Part shown: positions 23,001-34,454 of the stretch, piece by piece
Numbering within the stretch: position 1 is the first letter of the stretch
How the letters are laid out: every line of letters begins with the position of its first letter
Assembly (NCBI GenBank): GCA_010909165.1
Contig: VJWM01000106.1
Coordinates: 496,001-560,000, forward strand
Length of the DNA: 64,000 bases
From: Anthoceros angustus
Lineage: Eukaryota; Plantae; Anthocerotophyta
Reading direction: 5' to 3'
Translations under genes and position numbers: made by a program
Notes under the pieces: generated by a model
Seen by the model: only the letters and a program-made list of their open reading frames with translations
What the model was told of the DNA's origin: nothing
Databases searched by the model: none

Positions 23001-26000
23001 TAAAAATCGGGGGATCAGGAACCCTGCAAACAGGACAAACAGAGCGACAAAGACACCTGCAATTTGCACACGTTTAAACAGTTACTACGGTAGTGGAGGT
23101 CGGAAGGTTGAACAAGGCCCCTCCTCAAGACTTCCAATTAAAAAGTTAGGAAATCCATGTCTATCTTCTCCATGCACTGAAACGTCAGTCTTGCAGGAAC
23201 AACGATGAAAACGCAGCAGAATCGCTTACCCACAAATGAGTTGGCCTTTTCTCGATTAGGAGCCAGGTAACTCACAAATCTCACCATTGACGCCCCATTC
23301 AGCACGGTCAGAACAAGTATCAAGTAGTACACCCAGAAATGCCAGCCATTATCCGAAAGAGTTTGGCCCGTCATGAAATACACTATCAAGGTCCAAATGG
23401 TTGCCTGGAAGACGAAGGGAAGCAATTGGAATAAATAGAGGGACCACTGTACCCAAGTGACAACAACAATCAGAATAGGAGCTGTACCTCAGCCAACGAA
23501 AATGGCATGCTTCCAAAAATCTTTGCAAACAGGAAAGTTGAGGGACGATAGAAGTGTTGGCCCTGCTGCTTGTAGTAAATTGCCCTCTCCTCCATCAAGA
23601 CAGGGATTTGTCCCAGGTTGAACAACGTCATGTTCAGAAGTGAGACAAAATATGAACCCCGTAGAAGATTCATATTGGTTTGCTTGGGTTTATTTCGCAC
23701 GCGAAAGAAGATGAAACCTGTGAAGAAGCTCATCAAAAGTATCTGCACAACATTCACACGAGCTTAGAAATGCACAGTGGTTCTGCTAAGTAAAGCTGCG
23801 GCTATGAAAATCATGCGGGCATTACTTGGCGAACAGACCTGAAATAGGCGTAGACCAAGAGAAAACTTATTCCTCCAGGTCACTGTCATCTCCCGTTGAA
23901 ATAGTCTCCTGAATTCAGTACCAGGACTCAAAATGTAGTCCTTCGTGAATTGTCGGTTGATTGAGCCGCTATCTACCTGCTCGCCAGCTCATAATAGTGA
24001 GTAGAGAGTGACACCTCCACCATCAGTTAGGATCAGCAGCATTGCACCTGAACGATGCAGGTAAAGGACTACAGACAACACACAAAAGGATGAAACGTAG
24101 CACACACCTCCTTCACGGTTCTCTGAAGCTGCAGACGCACAGGGCCCTGAATCTGAGCGATGGTCCTGCTTACTTCAGCTGCTGACAGGTTTTCTGCCTT
24201 CAAATAGTGCAAAGTTTCTGAAGGCCCTCCAAACGCAACAACTTCGTCACCAGGCTGGACCTCTAAAGTTTGATCCATTGATGTATTCTGAAGACTGCTA
24301 GTATCAGAGAGCCCGGCAACCACTGTTGAAGGGGGCTCGGTGGCCCTGAGCTTGTCCAGACGATCAACAAGGTCTAACCCGATAGGCTGAGAACCCTGCC
24401 ATAAGGAGCCGGATGAGGTTCAGAAAACGCTTCCAGAGTTTTTGTTTATTTCTCTGCTGGCAGACTGAGCTGTGTTTTGAACTGCTGAATCCTGATATCA
24501 CAGCAAACCTGAAAAATCATACAACAAGCAGGAATTTACCTGCACCCAAACCTGCTGCTTCAGGACTGGACTGTCCACAACTTGGCAAACGTGTGCAAAG
24601 GCATCGGATGCAAGAAAGGCAGCCACGAAATCATCCAAGCTGAGTGGTGGAAAGCCATTCCGAAGATACTGTCTACCCTCCTCAGTGGTGACTTCACCCA
24701 AAAATTCACCAATTCCCAGATGAATCGGCTTGAAATATCTGCCAACACAGCAGTGCAGTCACCACTGTAAATGCAATAATCATGCAGACATCCCAGCAGA
24801 GTAGAAAGGCTGTATTCAGAAAGCAATCCTTCGCACGGAGTTTACCCAAGTTTTTCAAAATATGGCAACACATCTTCGCGAGGTCCTTGGAATACCACCC
24901 GACCTTTGTCCAGAACGATGACTCTGTCGAAAAGGTCGTACACTTCAGCCGATGGCTGAAACAGCGAAGCCATCACAGTAAAATGGCGGACACGGGTGAA
25001 GATCCGAAGACTGTTCACAAGGTCATATGTTACCGAATCATCCAGTCCAGCATTCAGCTGATCGAAGAGATAGACAGCATAGGCCCCTGCCACCACCTCC
25101 GCTGCTGTCAGGCGGTGTCTCTCATCTTCCGTCAGCTGTCCCCCCACTGGGCGGTCAGCAACCCTTTTCAAACCCAACATGCTGAGGGTAAGCTCCAGTT
25201 TCGGATCTTGTCCGGCTTCGAGAGCCTCGGATAACATTCGCAGCAATTCTGGCCCGTACATCTTAGGACTCCACTCCAGTGACACATCTCTAGCGAACTC
25301 CAACGTTTCCCGTACTGACAAGGTAGCAAGATGAACGTCCCTACTTTCTATAACACCAGCGAGCCGTTGGTACAGGAGACCACTGACTTCCTTATTGTTG
25401 TAGGTGACACTGCCCTCAACATGGGCACCCGGCAGAGGATGACGACCAGCAGCCAACTTCAGCAGAATACTCATACCACAACCAGGAGGGCCTGCAGCAG
25501 AGAGCGTACGGAGCAGTTTATGCCTTCATGGACGAATATGAGAACACAAAACGTACTACGAAGTCGGAGATGGACCATGACGACACATGAGTTCGCTCCA
25601 CCATTACCTACAATCAGAGTGAGCGTGCCCGGCATCAAGTAGCCTGTAACATCTTTGAGAAAGTGAACCGTCTCAGGGACAGGTTTTTTCTTCAAGGGCC
25701 CAGCAAGACACCCCATCACCTGCGAGCAAGCATAAGAATCAACTCCGTGAGATGTCACAACGTTGCGAGGATTCACTGCGGTGACACGTACCAGCCCTTC
25801 TGCTCACCTTGGTGTACATGGTCTCGTACGGAACATCCGGTCTCACCACTTCCCGACTGTAAGAGAGACCTTTGAACTTCACAATCTGAGAGCCACAACG
25901 TTTCCCTTCAGACGGTGACCCCATTTGCGAAATGAAGCCATGGCCCACGTGGCCACCATGGCAGCAGAGACGGTTACAACACCAACCTGGGTGGGAATAA

Positions 26001-26958
26001 CTGGCAAATGTGGGCTGACACGCTGCATATACTGCAACAGCCCATCTTTGAGCAGCAGATCCATGCCCCTCAGCTCGGTCTGAGATATCTGGTCTGGAAT
26101 GCGGAGTTCCGACAAGGTCCTCGCAATCTTGTCAGCTTCGGAGAGGAAACCTTTCTTCCAAAGTGCCTGGTGGTAGAGGATGACAAGATGTATCAAAGCA
26201 GCGTGCGGAGCAGCTGCCAGAATATCATAGAAGTCCTTGGGAAGGTCCAAAGAGTAGTCCATCTTCACAGTCTCCTCCACAGTCTCCTCCTGCCTCCTCT
26301 CCCCGGCACCTCGGCTCCCACTTCTCAGCAGCTCCTCAACATTCCTCCCCTTGAAGCTCTGCGCCTTCTTGATGTAGGCAAGATTAAAATTACGATTCTT
26401 CCATTCCCCGAGCCCCTCCTGCAGCAAGACAGACGGGTCAAAAGAAGTGGCGGCTGCCATAACAGAGCCGTCATTGGTGGAGGCTCCGCGCACGTAGTCC
26501 GCCCCCTGGTTGGAGGTCCCCGATCTGGCTCGGCTGAGAACGGGATTCCAAGCATCATCCCCCAGGGGCTGACTGTGGCGTGATCCGGCCCGAGACAGCA
26601 GCGGATTCCACCTTGCAGAGTCCTCTGCATGCGATCGCCTGCCCGAATTGGAGCCCCTGGAGCGGGCCCCGCTCCGACTGAGAAGCGGATTCCATGAAAG
26701 CTCATCCGCAGGAAGGGGCGCATTTGCAGCAAGCAGCTGAGTCCTACTGGCCATGGCCGGGTCGTCCGCAAACGGATTAGCAAACGGATTCGAGCTGGTA
26801 GACCTGGCGCGTCCCATCACAGGATCTACACCGGCGCGTGGAGGCAGCCCGGCTTCCCCCCTGCTCCCTCCTCTCTCCAGCCTGGGAACCTCGCCATCTT
26901 TTCTCCCCACGCTACGGCGGGGAGCTCCCGGCGGAGCCTCCTCCCACCTGTCCGCCAT
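20058..26958 (-). CDS. ABCG: Full-size ABCG (PDR-type) transporter, NBD1-TMD1-NBD2-TMD2, with a PDZ-like insertion and degenerate ATPase motifs; many exons
   Basis: NBD1: FLKDVTGYLMPGTLTLIV|GPPGCG, SLFQPSAEVYDLFDRVIVL, QGPREDVLPYFEKLG. TMD1: EERAIYYKQQGQHFY, WIWMYYLDPLQW, INEF. NBD2: GCTGSGKTTLLNCLAG, ELASNPSVMFLDEPTKGLD. TMD2: YWRNVNYSWARM, VYLREAAANHYSPLLY, NPLQYALNSL. Probable start is MADRWEE at 26958. Confidence 0.93.
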
Positions 26959-28149
26959 TTCCCTCTTTCCAGAATCCGCTGCCCGTCTCAAGTCACAAAG
27001 CACTGCGTGCAAGCAACGGATAAAATCTCAGCGCCGATCAAACCACGGGCCTCCGAGGCTGATGCAAACATTGCCTTGTGCAGACTGCGCACACCACGTT
27101 GCACAGATTTGCTGGGCACCACACGAAAATGAACTCAGCTTTTGCAGCTCCAGGAAGGAGAAGGAATGAATCCAAACCTCCATCCGAACAGGGAAATTCC
27201 GAGCAAGAAGTGGATCAATCAAGTCGAGCTGCAAGGCAGCAGGGTTGGCACACCAGAGACCAAATGGAAGCTTCGGTGAGCCCATTCATTGATTCGCGTC
27301 TCCAACTGTTGAGACGCGGGAGTCCGAACTTGGTACGTACAAACACTGCCATCTCCGCTTGGATGTGGAGGAAAGGAAGACTGCTGTATACATTGGTATG
27401 TTTTAGCTTCCAGTCTCTCTCTTCTATCTTTCTTCAAACGGCGGCGGTGTGCCCATATACTAAGAGCAGCACGCAGGCGCGTGCGGACCCCCAGTCAAAG
27501 GCGATAAGACCTCCCTCAGGGAAGGGGGCTGCCTTCCCGACAGCCAACCAGTGCGCCCATTATCGTAACACCATTGCGACCTGACAGGCGTGCGAAGCTT
27601 CGTCAGCAGCTTCCGAGAACTTTCACTTCCCATTTCCTCGTGTTTCTTTATCAGATTTGTATAGCTGGTGATGTGCGACAGCGGAACGCTACAAGCAAGA
27701 AAGGACAAAACTCCGGAGTCGTGGGACACAACCACAACCACAACCACCACAAAGATATTCTCCGGTCGTTGGGCAGAAGAACGGAAGAAATTTTTAGTGT
27801 CCACGAAATTTTCAGGTCGGGGGGAATTCCCGTGATTCCATTTACATATATATAGTCTATATTATATATATGGGAGTAGATGTAAACAAGTCCACTTATT
27901 TCGGAAGTTTATGTTGATCTTAAGGGCACTATGAAAGATTGCATGTGGAGACAACAAGAAAAGTGGATGACAATTTTTGGAATTCGTAAGTCAACTCGAA
28001 ATGTTTCCAATTATGAAACGAGCAGTTGTCATAGCCAAACTTCCCTAACATGCCACGAACATAAGAAAACCAGCACATATCTTGAATACAGCTTGAATGA
28101 CATTAATTTTTATCATATATAATTATCTACAATAAAAACTGTAGCCTGC

Positions 28150-28520
28150 CAATATGCCTCATATGCAGAAGCATCATCTTTGCTCGCAAGCATTCTAACC
28201 ACTACAAAATGTCACTTGTCTCGTACCTTTAATACTAGTGATCATCCAAGCCACAAAAATGAAAGGCATGAAGTGCTAGAACTTCCTTTTGTTGGTGCCA
28301 AGTGTGGCATCCGTACTATAAATCACCAACTCGTCAGCCTCCTCAGCTAGAAATCACTTTGAATGTATAACATAAAGTCCTTGGCATGCTGCTCTTTACC
28401 AAGTAATGGGAAAAACACTGAATGTTTTACATTGAGCTCATCCATAGCTTCACATTAAGCTCATGTGTCGCATGGAAATGCCAAATCCTAGCATCAAGCT
28501 CTAACTATAAATTCCTACTG
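28150..28520 (-). pseudogene. Highly decayed MULE transposase relic
   Basis: The minus strand reads RNL*LELDARIWHFHATHELNVKLWM, STDATLGTNKRKF, FVAWMITS and KDDASAYEA. These are collinear with motifs of the MULE transposase at 41560-41980 (LHVDDCTSVSMW, MDATFGMNKYKY, PVAWVIS, IVDDCQAEITA). Confidence 0.6.
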
Positions 28521-30562
28521 ACCCTTTGAAGTAAAAAGTTTATCGACCAAGGATTGCTTGCCGATCACAATGCTTCCTTAAAAAACTTTGGACTACCTAG
28601 TCTCATGATCAATTAGAATCTGGAAAGTTGTGGTCTTGCATAACAACTTTTATTTCACCCACTCCTTCTTAGCCAGAGTCAAGTACTTAGAGCAAGGGAG
28701 GAGTTCGGACCTGAATTAGTGACAAGCAGTCCATGACAGTAGCGTCTAGTGGAATCGATGTGATGCCTTCCATGAAGTTTTAGCTTTGTGTGAAGTATGT
28801 ATTTTAAACATCAATTGGCCTGGCTCTAACATGCAATAATGGATTAGAGTTGAGCGGACAATTCCATGGAACCAAAACCGGCTCGTGCACATTTTGCTCG
28901 AAGATGACAATAGACATTTTTGTAATTGGTATGAGGCTGAATATAAAGTCACCGGGTGGCATATGTATATGATTTAGAATTCAAAGTACTAAGAAAGACT
29001 AGTGAAAAGTGCCTTATAGGAGGCATGCATAGACATACTAGATAGTTATGTACGTTTTCCTGCCTACTTCAACATCTCATAACCTTGCTTATGTTAAAAG
29101 CCAGGACCATGACACTGTGTAATCTTATACTGTGAGTGGTGTTGGAACGCTAAGTCTTATTGCAAATGTAAGCAAGGCACGAAAGGCTTAAATATGTGCA
29201 AACAGCAGTCGAAGCTATTGGTGCTTATGAATAGAGTAGTCTCCACTCAAAAACTAGTTGTTGAATACTCTGCGGTTACACCAGCTAAAACTGAATGTCG
29301 GCACACTCCTTTGCCAAGTAATCAAGATGACACTGTACAAGTGCTAGGAGCATTAATATATTATTTGCCTCATGATACAACAATGGGTGAAATTAATCAG
29401 GGTGCGGCTACCTCCCACATTATTGAGAAGACAAGTATGCTTGTAACACGCAAATTGGATGTTCATGTCTCCCACCCCTTGAAAACTTTGTGGCAGCAAT
29501 TGACAACCATTGTAGATAAGTGGCTATTTCTTGAACCCTATGTTGCAGGCTTGTTCCGACAAATAATCAGGTGGCTAGAGGATATGGGAAATGGAAGCAG
29601 AATGGAACAACATGCTCTTGACAGTGCTTGCACTTGCTAATCCTATCAATTGTGATAATACCTTGAATAGGGAGCTCGCCCTTTGGGAATCTATAACTAG
29701 CAGAATTTGCAATTGGAAGCTTCCATTAAAAAAAAACAATTGACTTTTATGGACCCTGTAGCCAGAAGAATGCACACACCTATGTCATTATATAGCGTAT
29801 GAGGCAGAGATGTAGCATAGATGATAAAGGGATTTTCGTTGGTCTTATGCTAGAGCAGTAGTTTTGAAACTTTGTCCTCTATCGCGTTTTCACCCATCCT
29901 CGCACTCTCGCTGACATGTGAACTCTTGCCTTGCACTTTCGCATAGCATTTTCATTAGGCCTAAGGCCGCTGTGAAAGTCCACATGGTGCCCAAGGGGAG
30001 TATGCGCCTCGGGTTTCGTGTCCGCATTTAGTGTGTACTAGTGTAGTGACCACTAGCACCGGTGGAAGAAATATGTAATAATATTTATCCATATGGTTAT
30101 TCCTTGATGAACCTTACGAGGGAGCTTTTGAATAGATGGACATAGTGGGTGTGATTTACGAGGGGGCTTTTCAATAGATGGGTATGGTGGGGAGCTAGCA
30201 AAGTCGCTTAGGTGTCATACTAAGTACTAAGGGGCCTTTGAGATAGTCTCTTAGCATTGTAATGAGCAAGGAAATAAGTTTGCTGTTCCACATTTTACGC
30301 AATGTTGATTAATCTGAACTAATATATTACATGACTAAATAAATAATTATGCATTACTATTTTGTCTTTTGAAGTAGCACAAGCTTCGAAGTAACATACT
30401 TGCCCCCCTATTTCGCAGCCTGTATCCGACGACTGCTGGCTTCCCAGCGACCCAGGATCTCGCCTAGGGCTGTAAGCGCCAGTAGAAATTTTAGCGAGGC
30501 TTAGCGTTCAATCCAGGTACATTTATTTATCAAGAAACTGCACCAGGACACTGGTCCAAAGG

Positions 30563-33436
30563 CTAAGAGGGCAACTCAGGAATCAAGGTGAGCTGCAGTT
30601 TTCTTCGGCTTGGTTGGGGTTCCACAACTTCGATGTGGACGAATACTTTATCCAGTATTCTGTAAACGACCGAGCTCCCAGTGGACGACACAGTCTGGGT
30701 CTCCTCATTCACAACCCAGGCAAGGGAGGGCTCTTTGTTCTGAGGAGGAGGGTCTCGTACCTTGTTCTTGGCAGAGTTGAATTTGCTTGGGTTTTCTTCT
30801 TTGCCCTGGAAATGGACTGGGCCCTCAATGCCGTATTTAGGCACGAACACAATGAGGCCGTTGGACTGGATTTTCACAATCCTTGCCTCCGTGTCTATGG
30901 GCCTTTCTTTGAAGAAGATGAGAGTATGGAGCTCGACGGAAGCTCGACCTGCCACTTGAGCATTTCGGTGTCGGTAGTTGAGGTTGTCACAGATGTCTGT
31001 AAGGGATTTTTTTTCCTGCAAAGAATGAGGAAGGCTGCACAATCCCAAGGCAGCTGCAAGTAACCTGTGGACGATGACATCTGCATACCTCCTGATGGGG
31101 GAAGTGAAATGGGTGTAGAGAGGGGCAGCCAGCCCATAGTGGTGGAACTCAGGTTCAGAGAGATTCCCGCTACTGAAATACAAAGCCTGGGTCATGCAGC
31201 GGGTTGCCAGAATCCTGATCAGTTTGTTGAAGTATGGATCAGCTCCTACGGCTCTGTCCAGAGAATCAGCAAGAGACCTGGAAGAGGTGATGTCCAACTC
31301 CACACCCACGGCTGCTGCTGTTCGCACTAAAGGTTCCAACATCTTGGGAGTTGGGATCTGATGACGCCTCAGTAAAGAACATAAGGGAAAATGCCTCAGA
31401 ATCTTCTGTGCTACTGATACGTTTGCAGCAAGCATGAACTCTTCGACCATCTGGTTGGTTTCCCTCACTTGGTACATTGCTACATCCAATGGATTATGAG
31501 TCTCTGTATCAATATCGAACTTCACCTCTGGCGATGCCAATGTCAATGCTCCACGCTCTATTCTCCTGGCTCTCATAACCTTTGCAAGCCGATTCATGTT
31601 GCGAAGATCAGATGTCAATGGGTCTTCCATCTGGGTGTCATCTATACGTGCCTGAGCTTCAGCATATGTGAAGGCTGCGCAAGACTTGATTATGCTTTTG
31701 GTGAAACGGGTGGAAATCACATCTGCATCAGGAGTCATTTCCCACAACACAGAAAATGCCAACCGCTCCACATCTGCTCTAAGGGAGCAAGCATCTTCTG
31801 TCAGCTCCTTCGGAAGCATGTTTATACGCCGCTCCACCAAGTAAGTAGAAGTGCCGCGCTCTGCTGCCTCATCGTCCAGCGGGGTGCCAGGATAAACAAA
31901 TGTCGTCACATCTGCAATGTGGACACCAACCTCATAATTTCCAGATGGAAGAAGGGTGCAACTCAAGGCATCATCTATATCTGTACATCCAGGTGGGTCA
32001 ACACTGAAAACCCGGCGCTGGCGGAAATCCTCGCGATGTGCATTTCCAAGCTCCTCTTGTGGCATAACCCAGGGCGATTTTGGAACACAAGCCATCACCT
32101 GTGCTGAAAATGGCCTGGTGTTGATGTCATTTTCTATCAGCAATATGTCACTTTCAGTAGCACGGTCTCCGATGTCCCCTAACGTCTTGATGTAGTGACC
32201 CGAAGGATAATGGGATGTCGGCTCCCAAAAGTCCACAGACACCATCAACCGCTTAGATATCAGGTTAGAAAGTTGCCGTGTCTGTATTCGGATCTTGGGT
32301 ATCCTCCTATCCGTAGCAATGAACAATGCGCTTGTGGCTCCCCCACCCTCACCAACACGGGGTGCTTGCAATGATCCACAATAACTTCGCCAATTACGCT
32401 TGATGATACCTACAACACGACCACAGGGTTGGCGAGGGGTGGAACCATCCTTCGGCACAGGCTCAGCTAATATTTCAGCAGTCTCAGGTGCATCTTCTGC
32501 ACTGCCTGGGACCAAACTTACGGCATCTTCTGCCCCTTCCTCCTCCTCTTCCATGATCTTATTCGAGATGCCATCACTCCACTGACTCTCCGGCAGCAAC
32601 TCCACGGCCACTACGTCGCCATCGAATGCCCGATTCATGTCCACCCGCCCATTCACAAGAATATCAGCACCAACAGAGTCCACAGTCACTGAAGCCGAGT
32701 AGGAGTTATACCTATTAACTCTCAATTTACCCTGGTGGTAGAGACCAGTATGCAGACCTGCCGTGATCTCAGACATAGGCTTGTGGTCTGCATATATCCT
32801 CTTCCTCTTAGAAGCACGTGCATCTTCCACATCGTCAACATCCTCATTTTTCGCTTGTGCCACCAAATCCAGGAGCTCAGGCTGCCCAAGCGACTGCACA
32901 AACGACTGTACAGTCTCCGCACGCACTCCCTCCTCACTCGCTCTCCTCCGGTTCTCTGCATCGTTAGTGACTAGCAAAACCCTAACCCCCTCCAAGTGCC
33001 TTTGATACCACGCACTTGCAACGCGAATTGCCCTGTCATTCCGATCGTTCGGGCTCTCCCCATCCCTCCCCGTTACAAAGGTATCCCTATGATGCTCATT
33101 TGCAAACACGAAAAACCGCCGCTCAGGGTTACTGCAAATAGCCCTCAGTCGATTGTAAACACTGACATTCTTGTTCTTCACCTCCTCCAAAACCACCGAC
33201 AGGACCACCACGTTACCTATCCCTGGATTCTCCAGCAGGTCGATCTGATGGAGAGCAACGTTGGCATCGATCACAAGTATCTGCTCCGGCGACTTCCGCA
33301 AACAAGCAGAAGCCGTGTCGCAGTCCTCACAGAAAACAGCTCCGCACCATATGTCATCTCTCAGATAATGCTCCCGGACCACTTTCAGCACCTTGCCTCG
33401 CCGGGTCTTCCTCGTGAAAGACTTGTTCTGCAACAT
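30563..33436 (-). CDS. RRP44: Exosome exoribonuclease DIS3/RRP44 (CR3-PIN-CSD-RNB-S1), single exon, 957 aa
   Basis: MLQNKSFTRKTRRGKVLKVVREHYLRDDIWCG; PIN residues VIDANV, VLEEV, DRNDRAIR, LVTND; RNB motif SVDPPGCTDIDDAL; HYGLAAPLYTHFTSPIRRYADVIVHRLL. The ORF is uninterrupted. The upstream ATG at 33544 is probably not the start. Confidence 0.97.
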   Translation of the reverse strand: MLQNKSFTRKTRRGKVLKVVREHYLRDDIWCGAVFCEDCDTASACLRKSPEQILVIDANVALHQIDLLENPGIGNVVVLSVVLEEVKNKNVSVYNRLRAICSNPERRFFVFANEHHRDTFVTGRDGESPNDRNDRAIRVASAWYQRHLEGVRVLLVTNDAENRRRASEEGVRAETVQSFVQSLGQPELLDLVAQAKNEDVDDVEDARASKRKRIYADHKPMSEITAGLHTGLYHQGKLRVNRYNSYSASVTVDSVGADILVNGRVDMNRAFDGDVVAVELLPESQWSDGISNKIMEEEEEGAEDAVSLVPGSAEDAPETAEILAEPVPKDGSTPRQPCGRVVGIIKRNWRSYCGSLQAPRVGEGGGATSALFIATDRRIPKIRIQTRQLSNLISKRLMVSVDFWEPTSHYPSGHYIKTLGDIGDRATESDILLIENDINTRPFSAQVMACVPKSPWVMPQEELGNAHREDFRQRRVFSVDPPGCTDIDDALSCTLLPSGNYEVGVHIADVTTFVYPGTPLDDEAAERGTSTYLVERRINMLPKELTEDACSLRADVERLAFSVLWEMTPDADVISTRFTKSIIKSCAAFTYAEAQARIDDTQMEDPLTSDLRNMNRLAKVMRARRIERGALTLASPEVKFDIDTETHNPLDVAMYQVRETNQMVEEFMLAANVSVAQKILRHFPLCSLLRRHQIPTPKMLEPLVRTAAAVGVELDITSSRSLADSLDRAVGADPYFNKLIRILATRCMTQALYFSSGNLSEPEFHHYGLAAPLYTHFTSPIRRYADVIVHRLLAAALGLCSLPHSLQEKKSLTDICDNLNYRHRNAQVAGRASVELHTLIFFKERPIDTEARIVKIQSNGLIVFVPKYGIEGPVHFQGKEENPSKFNSAKNKVRDPPPQNKEPSLAWVVNEETQTVSSTGSSVVYRILDKVFVHIEVVEPQPSRRKLQLTLIPELPS

Positions 33437-33507
33437 GCTGCCAGAAATCGCGTGTACTGCGTCCCACAAAATGGAGACGCCAGAGAGCAAAGTTGTTTTC
33501 GTTGAGC

Positions 33508-33710
33508 GACTACAGATTAACGCCTTTATGGCGCGACAAAACATTTCTTAGGGTGACTTACGAGCAAAGCCCTTTCTAAGGCGACCAATAAGCAACATTG
33601 TTTTTTTCAGCGCGATCTAGATTACAGTAGGTATATTTATTGGGGCGACCAAAGAGCAAAGTTTTCCTTAGCACGACCTAATACGAGTGTTCTTTAGCAC
33701 GACCAAACAC
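33508..33710 (+). repeat. About 7 copies of a short (A/G)G(C/G)(A/G)CGACC-like motif at roughly 30-bp spacing; possibly a decayed CACTA-type terminus
   Basis: gactacagattaacgcctttatggcgcgac followed by ttagggtgac, ctaaggcgaccaa, tggggcgaccaaa, ttagcacgaccta and ttagcacgaccaaa. Confidence 0.35.
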
Positions 33711-34003
33711 CTTAGCTGTTATAACTATTCAATAGAAAATAATTCTTTTTTCATCTTTTCTCATAATAAAGATAGTATCTCTATACGAACTGAAATTCCA
33801 AAAATATATATACTTGAAATAATATAGATATAATTATATTATATATACATTATTATTCTTAAGTCAGTTTAATCTTTAAGTAGCTTGTAAGCTGACTCCA
33901 ATCTTTTAAGTATCCGGTAGATTGACCATAATCCTCTAAGTATCCTCTAAAACAAGAAGAAACAAAAATGTTTTTTGGTGCACTAAGGATAGATGATCGT
34001 TGT

Positions 34004-34125
34004 GGGACTAAGATGAAGTTGCACATGTTGGAGCAGAGATATGACTAAGATGAAGTTGCACATGTTGGAGCAGAGATATGACTGAAATGAAATCACATAT
34101 ATTGGAACAAAAATATAACTAGATT
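34004..34125. repeat. 37-bp tandem repeat, about 3 copies
   Basis: gactaagatgaagttgcacatgttggagcagagatat occurs twice, followed by one diverged copy. Confidence 0.9.
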
Positions 34126-34454
34126 AGTTTACGCTAGGTCCACCACAATCGTGCATGCGTAGCTGTTAATCTCCGGAATGTTTGCAATCCACTTATCTTT
34201 AAGCAGCTCTCCTATGTATGTAGGGCATGCTACTTTCTCTAGAGTGTGATCTGATGCGCGTAACGAATTCAATTTATTTCTCTATCTCCTAGACCCCCCA
34301 ACGTTTTAAGTATCCTATAAGCCGACCCTAATTGAACACGCGCAGTTGCTAAACTCGGAACCTCGGGAATGTTTGCATACTATTGATCTCTACGAGTTCC
34401 TCTTTAGGCAACTTCTCTCTAGAAGATTGTATGCAGCTTAATGTAGACTTGATG

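Noticed and set aside
30040-33720. DIS3 captured inside a Pack-CACTA element
   Set aside because: CACTAG (about 30051) and TGTAGTG (about 30042) occur, but there is no matching inverted terminus or TSD beyond DIS3. The 33508 motif points away from the gene.
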